Assembly: GCA_038231135.1 (NCBI GenBank)
Contig: JBBRLX010000014.1
Coordinates: 1 to 64,000, forward strand
Length of the DNA: 64,000 nt
From: Candidatus Eiseniibacteriota bacterium
Lineage (GTDB): Bacteria; Eisenbacteria; RBG-16-71-46
Direction of reading: 5' to 3'
A program made the translations under genes and the position numbers. Shown here in pieces: positions 1-10,491 of the stretch (the first letter of the stretch is position 1; each line of letters starts with the position of its first letter). The notes under the pieces are model-generated. The model had not been told where the DNA came from, did no database searches, and saw nothing but the letters and a program-made list of their open reading frames with translations.

Positions 1-64
1 CCTCCAACAGCACGTCTCGCATCTTCATCGCTCGCTCCTTGGCGGTGGGTGAATAGCCCTGCAT
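1..64 (-). CDS. 5' end of a gene running off the window edge (MQGYSPTAKERAMKMRDVLLE...), possibly a CBS-domain protein
   Basis: GGAGGAG RBS before ATG at 64; second in-frame ATG at 28 with AAGGAG RBS; MKMRDVL resembles CBS-protein starts. Only 21 codons visible. Confidence 0.45.
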   Translation of the reverse strand, partial: MQGYSPTAKERAMKMRDVLLE

Positions 65-108
65 TGCTCCTCCTGGGTGGGAGAAGCTGCCGGTCTATCA
101 CCCCCGCC

Positions 109-122
109 TGTGAGCGGTCACA
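109..122. promoter_or_regulatory. Palindromic operator-like site TGTGA-GCGG-TCACA
   Basis: TGTGA/TCACA arms with 4-nt spacer, in the divergent intergenic region. Confidence 0.4.
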
Positions 123-270
123 TCATGTGCTCCCTACATGCCGTTCAGGCGAACCTTGACCGGCGAACGCCGGCCGCGCAGAGTTTCCCGATCCGCACCT
201 CACTCACGGTCCACCCGAATCCCGAGCGCACCGGGCGCTCCCTGCGGCATCGCTCTGTGCCGCCGCCGCA

Positions 271-951
271 ATGATTCCGTGGCGTGAGCTGGATCGCGCG
301 ACGGTGCCGGGCGAGCCGGCGCCGCTCGTGCTCCTGCAGCACGGCGCGGAGTTCGTGATTCGCATCGGACCCCGGGCGCTCATGAGCAGCACGGCGCACG
401 GTTCGGAGGCCGCGCTGGCGGAGCGGGGCTGCGAACGCATCGCCGGCAGCGCCGGGGCGCGGGTGCTGGTCGGCGGCCTCGGCATGGGTTTCACCCTCGC
501 CGCTGCGCTGCGATGCCTGGCGCCGACCGCGCGCATCGTGGTCGCCGAGCTGATCCCGGCAGTCGTCGAATGGAATCGCGGCCCGCTCGCGGAACTCGCG
601 GGCCGGCCGCTCGAGGACAGACGCGTCGTGGTGCATTCCGGTGATGTCGCGGACGTGATTCGTGTGAATCCGCGCGCGTTCGATGCCATCCTGCTCGACG
701 TCGACAACGGGCCCAACGCACTCACCCGCGCATCGAACGACGGGCTGTATTCGACCGCAGGCCTGCTCGCCGCATTCCAGGCGCTGCGTCCAGGTGGAGT
801 GCTCGGCGTCTGGTCGGTGGCGCCCGATGCCGGATTCACCCGGCGGGTGATCGCCGCCGGTTTCGACATGGAGGAGCAGGTCGTCCGCGCGCGCGTCACG
901 AAGGGCGGGCGGCACACACTGTGGCTCGCGCAGCGATCGCACGTGTCCTGA
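271..951 (+). CDS. Spermidine synthase-like class I SAM-dependent methyltransferase-fold protein
   Basis: VLVGGLGMGFT SAM-binding loop, VAEL, and AILLDVDNGP motif. Confidence 0.8.
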   Translation: MIPWRELDRATVPGEPAPLVLLQHGAEFVIRIGPRALMSSTAHGSEAALAERGCERIAGSAGARVLVGGLGMGFTLAAALRCLAPTARIVVAELIPAVVEWNRGPLAELAGRPLEDRRVVVHSGDVADVIRVNPRAFDAILLDVDNGPNALTRASNDGLYSTAGLLAAFQALRPGGVLGVWSVAPDAGFTRRVIAAGFDMEEQVVRARVTKGGRHTLWLAQRSHVS

Positions 952-988
952 GCCGGTAGGGGGGACCGCGGTCTTCGCGGCGCGCTGA

Positions 989-3607
989 CTAATGCGCGAC
1001 CATCACCCGGCGCACGAAGCTCCTGCCCGCGGCCCGCAACCGCACGAAGTACAGACCATCCGCGACCGGGCCCGACGCATCGCGGCCGTCCCATGCGCAC
1101 CGGTGCCGTCCCGGGGCAACCACGGCATCGACGAGCGTCGCGACCGTCCGGCCCTGGAGATCGTGCACCGTGAGCCGCACCCGGGTCTCGGCAGGCACCG
1201 CGTAGTCGACGCTCGCACGGCCGTGCGACGGGTTGGGCGACACGCTGCCGAGCGCGAGCTCCGTCACCCCGGGCGCGACGGGGGCGTCGGTCGTGTGGTC
1301 GTCGTTCAGGATCAGGGCCACGCCCGCGCTGTCCGCGATCGTGGCGCCGGTGGCATTCGACAGCCGCAGCTCGAACGTCTCGGCGCCCTCCTGAACGGCA
1401 TCCCCGTGCACGTCGATCGTCACGGGCACGTCGACCACGCCCGGGTCGAACACCACCGTGCCGGACGCCGCCGTGTAATCATCGCCGGCCACCGTCGCCG
1501 AACCATCGACTGTCCGGTAGTCGACCGTGACGGGCGCCGAGCTCCCGTTCGTCAGTCGGACCTGGAACGGCAGCGGGGTGATTCCCGAGTTGCCTTCGAG
1601 GCGCGCGGGGTCGTCGACCGTCACCGCGGGGATCGGATCGTCGTTCAGGATCGTTGCCGATGCGGTCGACGGCACGCCGATCGTGGCGTTGAACACCGCT
1701 ACGAATCCTGCGGAGAACGTCTCGTCCGGCTCATATTGAGTGTCGCCGTACACGTCGACGGTGAACGTGGCGCTCGTGCTCCCTGCCGGAATGGTCACGG
1801 AGCCGAACCCGCCGAGGTAGTCCGAGTCCCCCTCCTCCGCGGTGCCGTCCTGGGTCTGGTAGTTCACGTACACGGCGAGGCTGTACGGGAAGGACAACCG
1901 GACGGTGAACGTGCTGTGCGTCGTGCCGGAGTTGCCCTCGGCGACGGAATCCGCCGAGATCGTCACCGTGGGCTGCGGGCCCGCCACGTTCGCGATCCAG
2001 GTGGCCCAGCGGCTGGAATTGTTGCCATGGCCGTCGTCGGTCCCCGTCCGCACCCCTGCAAATTCCCCGATCATCCACAGGGACCGGTCGTCCACCGGGT
2101 CGACCTGCGCCTTCACATAATCGCCCCAGCGGTTGCGGCCGCCGCCGAAGTCCTTGTTGTAGTAATCGTCGCCCGCCTTGTAGATCAAAGGATCGCGCAA
2201 CGCGCCCGCGGGATCGGCGCCCAGGTGCACGGCGTAGCCCGTCGCCGGATGCTGGTTCGACGCGAACTGCGAGAACCCGAGCAGCACGTCGCCCACGGAA
2301 TTCACGGCCAGATGGGCGTAGGCGTACCATTTGCCGCCGTTGGTGGCGGTGGCGGTCGGGTCTTCGAGGCGGCCGCCGTCCACGACGTTGAGTGACGCAG
2401 TGCTGAGCCGGGTCCACTGGATGCCGGTGTGGGTCAGCGATCCCGACGGGATGCCGACGGTCTGCGCGTAGTAGATGGAGCCGTCGCGCACCACGGGAGT
2501 CGAGCGGATGTAGGAATCCTGCGCCTCGAGTTTGCACGGCGTCGAGCCGCACGAACTTACGCCGCCGAGCGGCGCGGACTGCGGCAGAATGTTGCCGCCC
2601 GGCTGCGACCACGTGAGCCCGCGGCTCTTGTTCGTGCCGACCGTATACGACGGCGCCGCGGCGGTGCCCGTGATCCGGTCCACGCGATAGGTTCCACTGG
2701 TGACATGAGTCGGCACGTAGAGGATGCTGTCCGTGGCCGAATAGGTCGCCGCGGGGCAGGAGCAGAATCCGGTGCTGCCGAACAACGTGGTGCTGACGGC
2801 GCCCGCACGCAGCTGCGGGTAGTTCACGACCAGGCACTTCGACGTCACATAGGCGCCGCCACTGAGCGAGAACATGTTCACGTTGATCGCGATCCAGTTG
2901 CAATTGAACCCGATCGTGGGGAAGTCGGCCCACGAGGTGTTGCCCGCATCAGCGTCGATGCGCGCGAGGACGTAGGAGCCCGCGGGATCGTCGCTCGTCG
3001 ACACTCCCACGAGGATCGAGGAGCTCGTCGTCTGGCCGTCCGATAGCGCGCACACGATCCAGCGATGGTTGTAGGGGTCGTAGAGCGTCTTCGGGTCGAA
3101 CACGCTGCCGGCGCCGGTGATCCTCCAGAACGCGTCGGTCGCAACCGTCGATACGATCGACGCGTCGGACTTGCCGAGCACCCGGTAGTTGTTGTTGAGC
3201 CCCTCGAGCACGTCGCGCGGACCGACCGCGCCGTCACAGTCGGGCGGGATCACGCCGGAGCCGGCGCCGATCGCGGGAATATCGTCGAGTCCCTTGAACG
3301 TGAATGCCGGGGCCGGTGACGGTCCCGAAAACGGTACCACCGGCGGCAGCGCGACCCGTGGCGCCGGGGCGGGAGCGTTCCCGGGTTCGTGCTCCTCGCC
3401 CGATTCGTTGAGCGGCACCTTCCACGGCCGGACGACCCCGGGCGAGGACGGTCGCGCGGCGAGTTCGCGAAAATTCACGGTCGCAACCCGGACCGCCGCC
3501 ACGCGGGTGCCGGTCAACACGGTTTCGGCGCCGGGCGCGGCGGCCGGCGCGAGGCGGGCATCGGCGAGGACCGCCAGGATCGTGAACCAGGCGGCGAATC
3601 CCGGCAC
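989..3607 (-). CDS. Secreted protein with two Calx-beta domains and a C-terminal FlgD-Ig/T9SS-type sorting domain (start uncertain; ORF open to 3751)
   Basis: Hydrophobic leader after GTG 3607; PPDCDGAVG, DFPTIG and RWGDY motifs; two EGNSG...DGTA/DGSA...DY...ETF...ILNDD repeats; PNP...GRTVATL...WDGRD...GLYFVRL C-terminus. Confidence 0.8.
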   Translation of the reverse strand: MPGFAAWFTILAVLADARLAPAAAPGAETVLTGTRVAAVRVATVNFRELAARPSSPGVVRPWKVPLNESGEEHEPGNAPAPAPRVALPPVVPFSGPSPAPAFTFKGLDDIPAIGAGSGVIPPDCDGAVGPRDVLEGLNNNYRVLGKSDASIVSTVATDAFWRITGAGSVFDPKTLYDPYNHRWIVCALSDGQTTSSSILVGVSTSDDPAGSYVLARIDADAGNTSWADFPTIGFNCNWIAINVNMFSLSGGAYVTSKCLVVNYPQLRAGAVSTTLFGSTGFCSCPAATYSATDSILYVPTHVTSGTYRVDRITGTAAAPSYTVGTNKSRGLTWSQPGGNILPQSAPLGGVSSCGSTPCKLEAQDSYIRSTPVVRDGSIYYAQTVGIPSGSLTHTGIQWTRLSTASLNVVDGGRLEDPTATATNGGKWYAYAHLAVNSVGDVLLGFSQFASNQHPATGYAVHLGADPAGALRDPLIYKAGDDYYNKDFGGGRNRWGDYVKAQVDPVDDRSLWMIGEFAGVRTGTDDGHGNNSSRWATWIANVAGPQPTVTISADSVAEGNSGTTHSTFTVRLSFPYSLAVYVNYQTQDGTAEEGDSDYLGGFGSVTIPAGSTSATFTVDVYGDTQYEPDETFSAGFVAVFNATIGVPSTASATILNDDPIPAVTVDDPARLEGNSGITPLPFQVRLTNGSSAPVTVDYRTVDGSATVAGDDYTAASGTVVFDPGVVDVPVTIDVHGDAVQEGAETFELRLSNATGATIADSAGVALILNDDHTTDAPVAPGVTELALGSVSPNPSHGRASVDYAVPAETRVRLTVHDLQGRTVATLVDAVVAPGRHRCAWDGRDASGPVADGLYFVRLRAAGRSFVRRVMVAH

Positions 3608-3740
3608 CGGCGTGTTCCGGGGACGGACCGGCGCGGGGTCGAAAGGGCCGTGGTGCAAGCGGGCGACTCCGTTGCTAAGGTGGGTGCGGGAGGGCGCCCC
3701 GGAACTGCGCCTCCAACCGGCCTTCGAGGGAGATACCATC

Positions 3741-4157
3741 ATGGGCTTCACGGTGCGACGCGTCGAGTACTACTACGCGACTCTGAACGAGCGCCCGGCC
3801 GAAGCCTATACGGCGCTCACGGCGCTGGCCCACCAGGGTGTGAGCTTCGTAGCGGTGACCGTGGTGCCGATGGGGCCCGACGGCACGCAGCTCACGATGT
3901 TCCCCGCGGAGCCCGCACGGCTGGTCGACGCGGCGCGCAAGGCCGGTCTGGCGCTCCATGGACCCACGACCGCGCTGCTCGTGCAGGGCCACGACGAGCT
4001 CGGCGCGCTCGCGACGATTCACGGCACCCTGCACGACGCGGGGGTCGAGGTGTTCGCATCGAGCGGCGTCGCCGATGGCCGCGGATACTATGGCTATATT
4101 CTCTACGTGCGACCCGAGCACGCGGAGCGCGCCGCGCAGGTGTTGCAGGCGACCTGA
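3741..4157 (+). CDS. Tandem ACT-domain-like protein
   Basis: GGGAG RBS then ATG 3741; two repeats of the ERPAEAYTALTALAHQGV / DELGALATIHGTLHDAGV type. Confidence 0.7.
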   Translation: MGFTVRRVEYYYATLNERPAEAYTALTALAHQGVSFVAVTVVPMGPDGTQLTMFPAEPARLVDAARKAGLALHGPTTALLVQGHDELGALATIHGTLHDAGVEVFASSGVADGRGYYGYILYVRPEHAERAAQVLQAT

Positions 4158-4503
4158 AGCACGGTGGCTGCGTCCGGCGTGTGGGTCGATTTTCCCGCCT
4201 GCGAGGCTGCCGGACAACCCCGCGCGACAAAGTTCGATGCTGACACACCCGGTGTGCGACAAGCTGCTATCTCCCGATATGAATTGGTCTTCGCGCATCT
4301 GGATCCTTGACGCATCGCACGCAGGATGTTCTCATTTTCACGGGTGTGTATCGCTAGCCCACGAATCACCCAACGAGCCGCAATCTCGACACCGCCCAGG
4401 TGTTCAGCCCGGATGTTCAGTGTTCCGGAGGACGTGACTCGTCACCGTCAAGGCCGACATGGGTACCGCATCCATGAGGTGACGTCTGATCCCGAGCAGT
4501 CCC

Positions 4504-7500
4504 ATGTCTCGAGCGGGGCAACGCGCGCTCGCGGCGATCGCCGCCGGGTGGATGCTGTCCGCCGCGTCCGCCGCCGCCGCCACGTATTACGTCGACGGCG
4601 CCAATCCACTGGCTTCCGACAGTAACGCGGGCACCGCCGCCGCTCCCTACAAGACGATTTCCGCCGCGGTTACGGCGCGCGGCGCTGCGGGGACCACGAT
4701 CCTCGTGAAGCCCGCGATCTATCGCGAGACGCTGACCCCCGGGGCGTCGGGCGCGGCGGGCAATCCGTTCGTGATCCGCGCCACCGGCCCGAACACCGTG
4801 ATCGACGGCGCGGACGACTACGCGGTCGCTTCGAAGTGGACTCTGGTGTCGGGCGCGGTGTACCTCGCGTCGAGCGTGAAGGCCGCACCCAATCAGGTGT
4901 TCGCGGATGGGACCCGACTCTCCGCGAGCACTGCATCACCGGCGTCGATGCCCGCGCGCACGTTCCGCTGGGTGAGCGGCACCGGGCTCTATGTGAATGC
5001 GGGCGGCGGCAGTCCCGCGACGCATGCGGTGGCGGTGGGCGCGCGAACCTACGGCGTGAGGATCTCGGGTCGGACGTGGGTCACCGTGGCCGGATTCCTC
5101 GTCACGCGCACCGAGGACCGCGCAGTCTACTTGTCGAGTTCGGCGAACAACGTCGGGCTGGCGCGCAACACCGTGACGTTTGCGTACAAGTATGGCATCT
5201 ACATCGCCGGCTGCACCACGGTGAACGTCGATTCGAACCTGGTGACGGACAATGCCGACCACGGCATCTATCTGAACTCGGGCGCCGCCGGATGTTTCGT
5301 TCGCGCGAACGAGTCGGCCCGCAACGTCAGGACCGATCTGTCGGCGGCGAACGGCATCTACGTGAACGCCTCGACCGGCAACCGGCTCGAGCGCAACCGC
5401 GTGCACGACAATTCCGGCTCCGGCGTCATGATCTACGGCACGAGCACGTCGACGCTGTCGCTCTACGATCAGGCGTGGGCGAACGGTGACCAGGGCGTCC
5501 GCGTGTCGGGCTCGACGGGCGTCCGGCTGCTCGGCGACGTCGCGCGCGCGAACGGCCAGCGCGGCATCGCGCTCGAAGGCGCCTCGACCGGCGCCACGAT
5601 CGCGAACTGCATCGCGACCGACAACGGGCTCGCGACGGCCGGCTTCGATTTCGCTGTTCAGTCCGGCGCCCAGTCGGGACTGGCCTCGGACTACAACCTG
5701 TGGTGGAACTCCACGGCGCAGGCGCCATTCCAGTACGGATCCACCACCTACGCCACGCTCGCGGCATTCCGCACCGCGAGCGGCAAGGACGCGCATTCGG
5801 GGCAGCTCGACCCGCGCTTCGTCGACGGTGCGCACGCCGACTTCCACCTGCTGCCGGGCTCGCCCGCGATCGACGCCGCGAACGCCGCACCCGCCGACTG
5901 GCCCGTTACCGACGCCGACGGCCACGCCCGCGTCGACGACCCGCTCACGCCCAACACCGGTGCCGGCACGCCGGGCTACGCCGACCGCGGCGCGTACGAA
6001 TACCAGCGGTTGCTGTCGCCGCCCGTCGCGGCGCTCAAGGCCACGCCCGCGTTCGGGGACGGGCCGCTCGCCGTCACGCTCGACGCGAGTGGCACCACGG
6101 ACGCGGACGGCGGTTCCTTGACCTACCAGTTCGACTACGGCGACGGCGTCGGGTCGCTGGCCCAGAGCGCCCCGACGAGCCAGCACGTGTATGGCCCGGG
6201 CACGTGGACCGCGAAGGTGACCGTGACCGACAACACGGCGTTCACCGGCACTGCCATCACCCTGGTGACCGTGACTGTCCACAACGCGGTGCCGGTCCCT
6301 GTGCTCGGGGTGCGGTTCAAGGCGGCAGGCGCGATCACCCGCGGCGACACCGTCCTCGCCATTCCCGTCGTGGTGCGGCCGCCGTACTTCACGCCGCAGC
6401 CCGAACCCACGTTCGGCGGCCCGATGCGCCGCATCACCGGCGATGCGGGCACGACATTCCCGTTGCCGAACGGCGGTACCGGCACGTGGGGGACCGACGC
6501 GCGCCATCACTATTCCAAGGACCAGCCCTGGAGCGCGGACGGCTCGTTGATCTCGATCGACAACAACGGCGGCTCGCCGATCGAGCTGTTCCTCGACGGC
6601 AGGACGTATGCGGTCGCGAGAGGCCGCTGCCCGAACTATATCTCGGGCGATGACCGCTGGCATCCGAGCCCCGCGCACGCCCACGAGCGCATCAACGTCG
6701 TCGGCAACCAGTTGATGTGGTTCGACGTGGTGTCGTGCGTCAAGACCCGCAGCTGGACGCTGCCGTTCGCGGTGAACGGCATTGGCCCGAGCGAAGGCAA
6801 CCCGTCGGATGACGGCCGGTTCGTGGCGCTCACCGACAGCGCGCGCGTGTTCGTGGTGGACATGGATCCGCAGCCGCCGCTGCAGGCCTACCCGGCCCAG
6901 CGCATTGGCCCCGCCATCGACGTGTCGAACTGCGGGCTCGCGGACGGCTGCCAGGTGGGCTGGGTGTCCATGTCCGCCTCCGGCAAGTACGTGGTCGTGA
7001 AATACATGAACGACCATCCGCGCGTCTACGACGTGAATCCGAACACGCTGGCGCTCACGCCGCACGTCATGCCGGCGAGCGCGGTGATCTGCTCCGGTGG
7101 CGACCCTGCGCAGGGCTGGATCTACGACCTCGGGCATCCGGACCTGGCGCTCGACCCCTACGACGACGACGAGGACGTGATCGTCGGACAGGAGCATTGC
7201 GGGCTCCACGACACCGTGGTGAACGGCCAGGTGATGGGCGGCGTGGCGATGGTGCGGCTGCGCGACGGCTACGTGACGTCGGTCACCGATCCCCAGAACG
7301 AGGCGCATCCGCATCACATCTCCGCGCGTAATCTGCGGCGGCCGGGCTGGGTCTACGTGGACTACTTCCCGACGCCGGGGGCGCGTTACGACGACGAGGT
7401 GGTGGCGGTCAAGATCGATGGCAGCCACACCGTGCAACGGCTCGCGCACAAGCACACGCTGTGGGTGAACTGCTATCGCTGCGAGTCGCACGCGGTGCCG

Positions 7501-9219
7501 TCGCTCGACGGCCGGCGGGTGATCTGGGCCAGCAACTGGGACGACCACTGCCTCGCATGCGGTCCCACCACCGATATTCGCGCCTACGTCGTCGACGCGT
7601 CGAACGCGTTCGTGCCCGACACGACGGCGCTCACGACCGCGGTGCTCGACGCCGGCGCGTCGCGGGATTCCGACGGCACCATCGCGTCCTACCGGTTCTT
7701 CTACGGCGACGGCGGCATCAGTCCCACGCAGCCGGTCAGTCTCGTCACGCGCGATTATCGCCCCGGCACGTGGCGCACGTCCGTCACGGTCACCGACAAC
7801 CTGGGCGCGCGCGATTCGTCGGTGGCTTCGCTCGTCGTGCCACGGGCCAACCGTCCTCCCAACGGCACCATCGTGAGCCCGGCCATCGACGTGACGATCG
7901 CGGTGGGGCAGAGCCTCACGCTCACGGGCGCGGCCTCCGATCCCGATGGCAACCTGCCGGTCTCGTGCCTGTGGAACCTGGGCGGCGCCGGTCCGAACTA
8001 CCGGGCGATCAGTCCCGGCACGGTCGCGTTCACGCGCACCGGCAGGTTCGTGGTGACGCTGCTCGCCACCGACGCGCTGGGGCTCGACGATCCGACCCCG
8101 GACAGCGTCGTGGTGATCGTGACTCCCTCCAACGGACGACCGCCCATCGTGACGGCCCCGCTCACGGTGAAGGCCAACGAGCTGCAGGCCCTGTCGTTCG
8201 ACGTCTCGGCCGTCGACCCCGACGGCCAGCCGATCGCTTCGCTGACCGCGAATCTCGCCGGATTGCCGGTCGGCAACACCGCCACGTTCACGCCCAACGC
8301 CACGAACACGGCGGGAACGTTCCGCTGGACGCCGTCGTCGACTGCGGGTGGCGGTGCGGGTTATTCCGTGACGTTCACCGCCGCAAACGACCTGTCGGGC
8401 AGCGGAGCCACGCACATCGACGTCGCCGACGTCTCGGGCCCCGACCTCATGCCCAATGGATCGTTCGAGTCCTCGACGGCGGGGTGGGGACCGAACGGCG
8501 CGGCCACACTTAGCCGCACGTTTACCGGGCAGGACGGCAAGTGGTCGATGCTCGTCACCGGGTCCACGGCCCCGGGCATGTTTGGCGCCAACGACAGCCC
8601 GAACGCGATCCTGGCGACGCTCGGGGCCGGGATTCGCTACCGCTACACGGCCTGGGTGCGATCCGTGACGAACACTGGCCATGCCCGGCTGCGCGTGCGC
8701 GAATACGACCATGGCGTCCAGGTCGGCACGATCGCCTACTCCCTGCCGCTCACGCTGTCACCGACGTGGCAGTCCCTCACGCTCGACTTCGTGTGCTCCG
8801 TTGGCGGCAGCACGCTCGACTTCCAGGTGCTCGACGATCCGCTGGTGCCGAACGAGTCGTTCCAGGCCGACAACATCTCCACCGTGATCATCCCGAACGT
8901 GGGCCAGGGGGTGCTCAGTGTGGCGGATTCCATACAGGCGCCGGTCGCCCTCGGTCGCGCGATGCTGGCGCCGTCGATCGTGCCACATCCGGTTTCGGGC
9001 ACGTCGATCATCCGGTTCTCCACCACGCGTCGCGGGCCCGTCGAGCTCACGCTGCACGACCTGGCGGGCCGCGCGGTGCGAACCCTGATCCACGATCCGA
9101 ACGCCGCCGCCGGCGCGCATCAGGTCGCGATGCGCAATTCGCTCCCGGCCGGAATCTACTTCTGGAAGCTGAGCACGCCGGATCTGCGAACCACGGGCCG
9201 GATGGTAATCCTGAATTAG
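4504..9219 (+). CDS. Giant secreted protein: right-handed beta-helix, PKD domains, beta-propeller-like domain, Ig-like repeat, CBM4/9-like domain, C-terminal sorting domain
   Basis: Signal peptide ending AAA/ATYYVD; N...GI beta-helix repeats; DFHLLPGSPAIDA...DRGAYEY; YQFDYGDG PKD motif; NGSFES...W; HDLAGRAVRTL...AGIYFW. Confidence 0.85.
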   Translation: MSRAGQRALAAIAAGWMLSAASAAAATYYVDGANPLASDSNAGTAAAPYKTISAAVTARGAAGTTILVKPAIYRETLTPGASGAAGNPFVIRATGPNTVIDGADDYAVASKWTLVSGAVYLASSVKAAPNQVFADGTRLSASTASPASMPARTFRWVSGTGLYVNAGGGSPATHAVAVGARTYGVRISGRTWVTVAGFLVTRTEDRAVYLSSSANNVGLARNTVTFAYKYGIYIAGCTTVNVDSNLVTDNADHGIYLNSGAAGCFVRANESARNVRTDLSAANGIYVNASTGNRLERNRVHDNSGSGVMIYGTSTSTLSLYDQAWANGDQGVRVSGSTGVRLLGDVARANGQRGIALEGASTGATIANCIATDNGLATAGFDFAVQSGAQSGLASDYNLWWNSTAQAPFQYGSTTYATLAAFRTASGKDAHSGQLDPRFVDGAHADFHLLPGSPAIDAANAAPADWPVTDADGHARVDDPLTPNTGAGTPGYADRGAYEYQRLLSPPVAALKATPAFGDGPLAVTLDASGTTDADGGSLTYQFDYGDGVGSLAQSAPTSQHVYGPGTWTAKVTVTDNTAFTGTAITLVTVTVHNAVPVPVLGVRFKAAGAITRGDTVLAIPVVVRPPYFTPQPEPTFGGPMRRITGDAGTTFPLPNGGTGTWGTDARHHYSKDQPWSADGSLISIDNNGGSPIELFLDGRTYAVARGRCPNYISGDDRWHPSPAHAHERINVVGNQLMWFDVVSCVKTRSWTLPFAVNGIGPSEGNPSDDGRFVALTDSARVFVVDMDPQPPLQAYPAQRIGPAIDVSNCGLADGCQVGWVSMSASGKYVVVKYMNDHPRVYDVNPNTLALTPHVMPASAVICSGGDPAQGWIYDLGHPDLALDPYDDDEDVIVGQEHCGLHDTVVNGQVMGGVAMVRLRDGYVTSVTDPQNEAHPHHISARNLRRPGWVYVDYFPTPGARYDDEVVAVKIDGSHTVQRLAHKHTLWVNCYRCESHAVPSLDGRRVIWASNWDDHCLACGPTTDIRAYVVDASNAFVPDTTALTTAVLDAGASRDSDGTIASYRFFYGDGGISPTQPVSLVTRDYRPGTWRTSVTVTDNLGARDSSVASLVVPRANRPPNGTIVSPAIDVTIAVGQSLTLTGAASDPDGNLPVSCLWNLGGAGPNYRAISPGTVAFTRTGRFVVTLLATDALGLDDPTPDSVVVIVTPSNGRPPIVTAPLTVKANELQALSFDVSAVDPDGQPIASLTANLAGLPVGNTATFTPNATNTAGTFRWTPSSTAGGGAGYSVTFTAANDLSGSGATHIDVADVSGPDLMPNGSFESSTAGWGPNGAATLSRTFTGQDGKWSMLVTGSTAPGMFGANDSPNAILATLGAGIRYRYTAWVRSVTNTGHARLRVREYDHGVQVGTIAYSLPLTLSPTWQSLTLDFVCSVGGSTLDFQVLDDPLVPNESFQADNISTVIIPNVGQGVLSVADSIQAPVALGRAMLAPSIVPHPVSGTSIIRFSTTRRGPVELTLHDLAGRAVRTLIHDPNAAAGAHQVAMRNSLPAGIYFWKLSTPDLRTTGRMVILN

Positions 9220-9254
9220 GACGGAACGACCCTGGCGGCGGCCTCACCGCCCGC

Positions 9255-10475
9255 TCAGGACTTGAGCGATCCCGCGATGTGCGTCATGACGTCGGACACC
9301 TGGGCGTAGCCGGTCTCCAGCAGGAAATGGGAGTTCCGCCCGTAGGACTTGTGCCCGAGGATCCAGAAGTCGGGCTCGGGGTTCGCGAGCACGTCGGCGC
9401 CGAAGCCGGGGGTGGTGAGGCAATCTCCGGGGTCCGCGCCCAGCAGCGCCGTTGCGAGGCTCAGCGGCGCGCGGGTCGAGTCGCACTCGTGCACCTTGAG
9501 CTCGCGATAGATCGCGTTGTCGGGACCGAAGCCGGCGGCGATCAGCACCTGGTCCACCTCCTCGACGCGCGTCTGTCCTCCCGCGACCATCGCGACACGA
9601 TATCGATGCGTGGCCGAGTTGAACTCGAACCCGTCCACGTGCACGCCGCCGGCGTGCGTCACCGCGGGCTCGGCGCCGCCGAGCACCGCGCGCGCCCGCG
9701 CATGCAACTCGCGGCGGCCGGGCAGCGTATCCTCGCGCGGCGGGTAGAGCGCCGCCGCCGCGTGACGCGTCGCCCACGCCACGCTGGTGTTCGGCACCTG
9801 CGCGGCGAGCGTGACCAGGTCGAGGACCAGCGTCGCCGCCGAGGCCCCGGAGCCGATCACCAGCGTGCGGCGGCCGGCATGGCGCTCGCGCCGCAGTCCC
9901 AGCACGTCGTCGACGTGATACGACATCTGCGGCGCCAGGTACAGCTCGCCACGCGCCGGGATGCCGCCGTCGCCGCCCCAGTTCGGCGAACCGTAGACGC
10001 CCGAAGCGTCGATCACCGTGAACGCGTGCAGCAGGTTCTCGCGGCCCGACGCGTCGCGCACCAGCAGCCGGAACGGATGCTCGCGTCGCGCGTCCGTGGC
10101 CAGCGTGTCCTGCTTGAGCGCGCCGCTGCGGCTCATCGCCACGACCTGGGCGTGCAGGTGGACGCGGTCCTTCAGCTCGGGCAGCTTCGCGAGCGGGTCG
10201 AGGTAGCCCTCGGCCAGCTCGCGCCCGGTGGGAACCGCGTCCAGGTCGGGGCGCGTCCAGCCCGCGCGCTCGAGCCGCGCCGTGGAGCTGGGGCCGAGGT
10301 TCATGCGCCAGGGCGTGAACATCCTCACGTGACCCCAGGCGTGGACGTGGGCGCCGGCCTCGCCGCGCTCGAACACGTGCACGTCGAATCCGGCGTCGAG
10401 TCCGGCCGAGGCGGCCTCGAGGCCGATGGGTCCGGCGCCTACGATCGCGAGCGTGTTGCGTGCGGGTGCGGGCAT
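9255..10475 (-). CDS. FAD/NAD(P)-dependent oxidoreductase (flavin monooxygenase-like)
   Basis: IVGAGPIG and VIGSGASA Rossmann motifs; WGHVRMFTPW, DASG, KSYGR. Confidence 0.8.
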   Translation of the reverse strand: MPAPARNTLAIVGAGPIGLEAASAGLDAGFDVHVFERGEAGAHVHAWGHVRMFTPWRMNLGPSSTARLERAGWTRPDLDAVPTGRELAEGYLDPLAKLPELKDRVHLHAQVVAMSRSGALKQDTLATDARREHPFRLLVRDASGRENLLHAFTVIDASGVYGSPNWGGDGGIPARGELYLAPQMSYHVDDVLGLRRERHAGRRTLVIGSGASAATLVLDLVTLAAQVPNTSVAWATRHAAAALYPPREDTLPGRRELHARARAVLGGAEPAVTHAGGVHVDGFEFNSATHRYRVAMVAGGQTRVEEVDQVLIAAGFGPDNAIYRELKVHECDSTRAPLSLATALLGADPGDCLTTPGFGADVLANPEPDFWILGHKSYGRNSHFLLETGYAQVSDVMTHIAGSLKS

Positions 10476-10491
10476 GGAGTGTAGTCCTCTC

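Noticed and set aside
4936..8712. Very long antisense and alternate-frame ORFs (also 33734..36748, 56305..59034, 45851..48313 and many others)
   Set aside because: Shadow ORFs of high-GC coding DNA: Arg/Ala/Gly-rich, no motifs, and overlapping well-supported genes.
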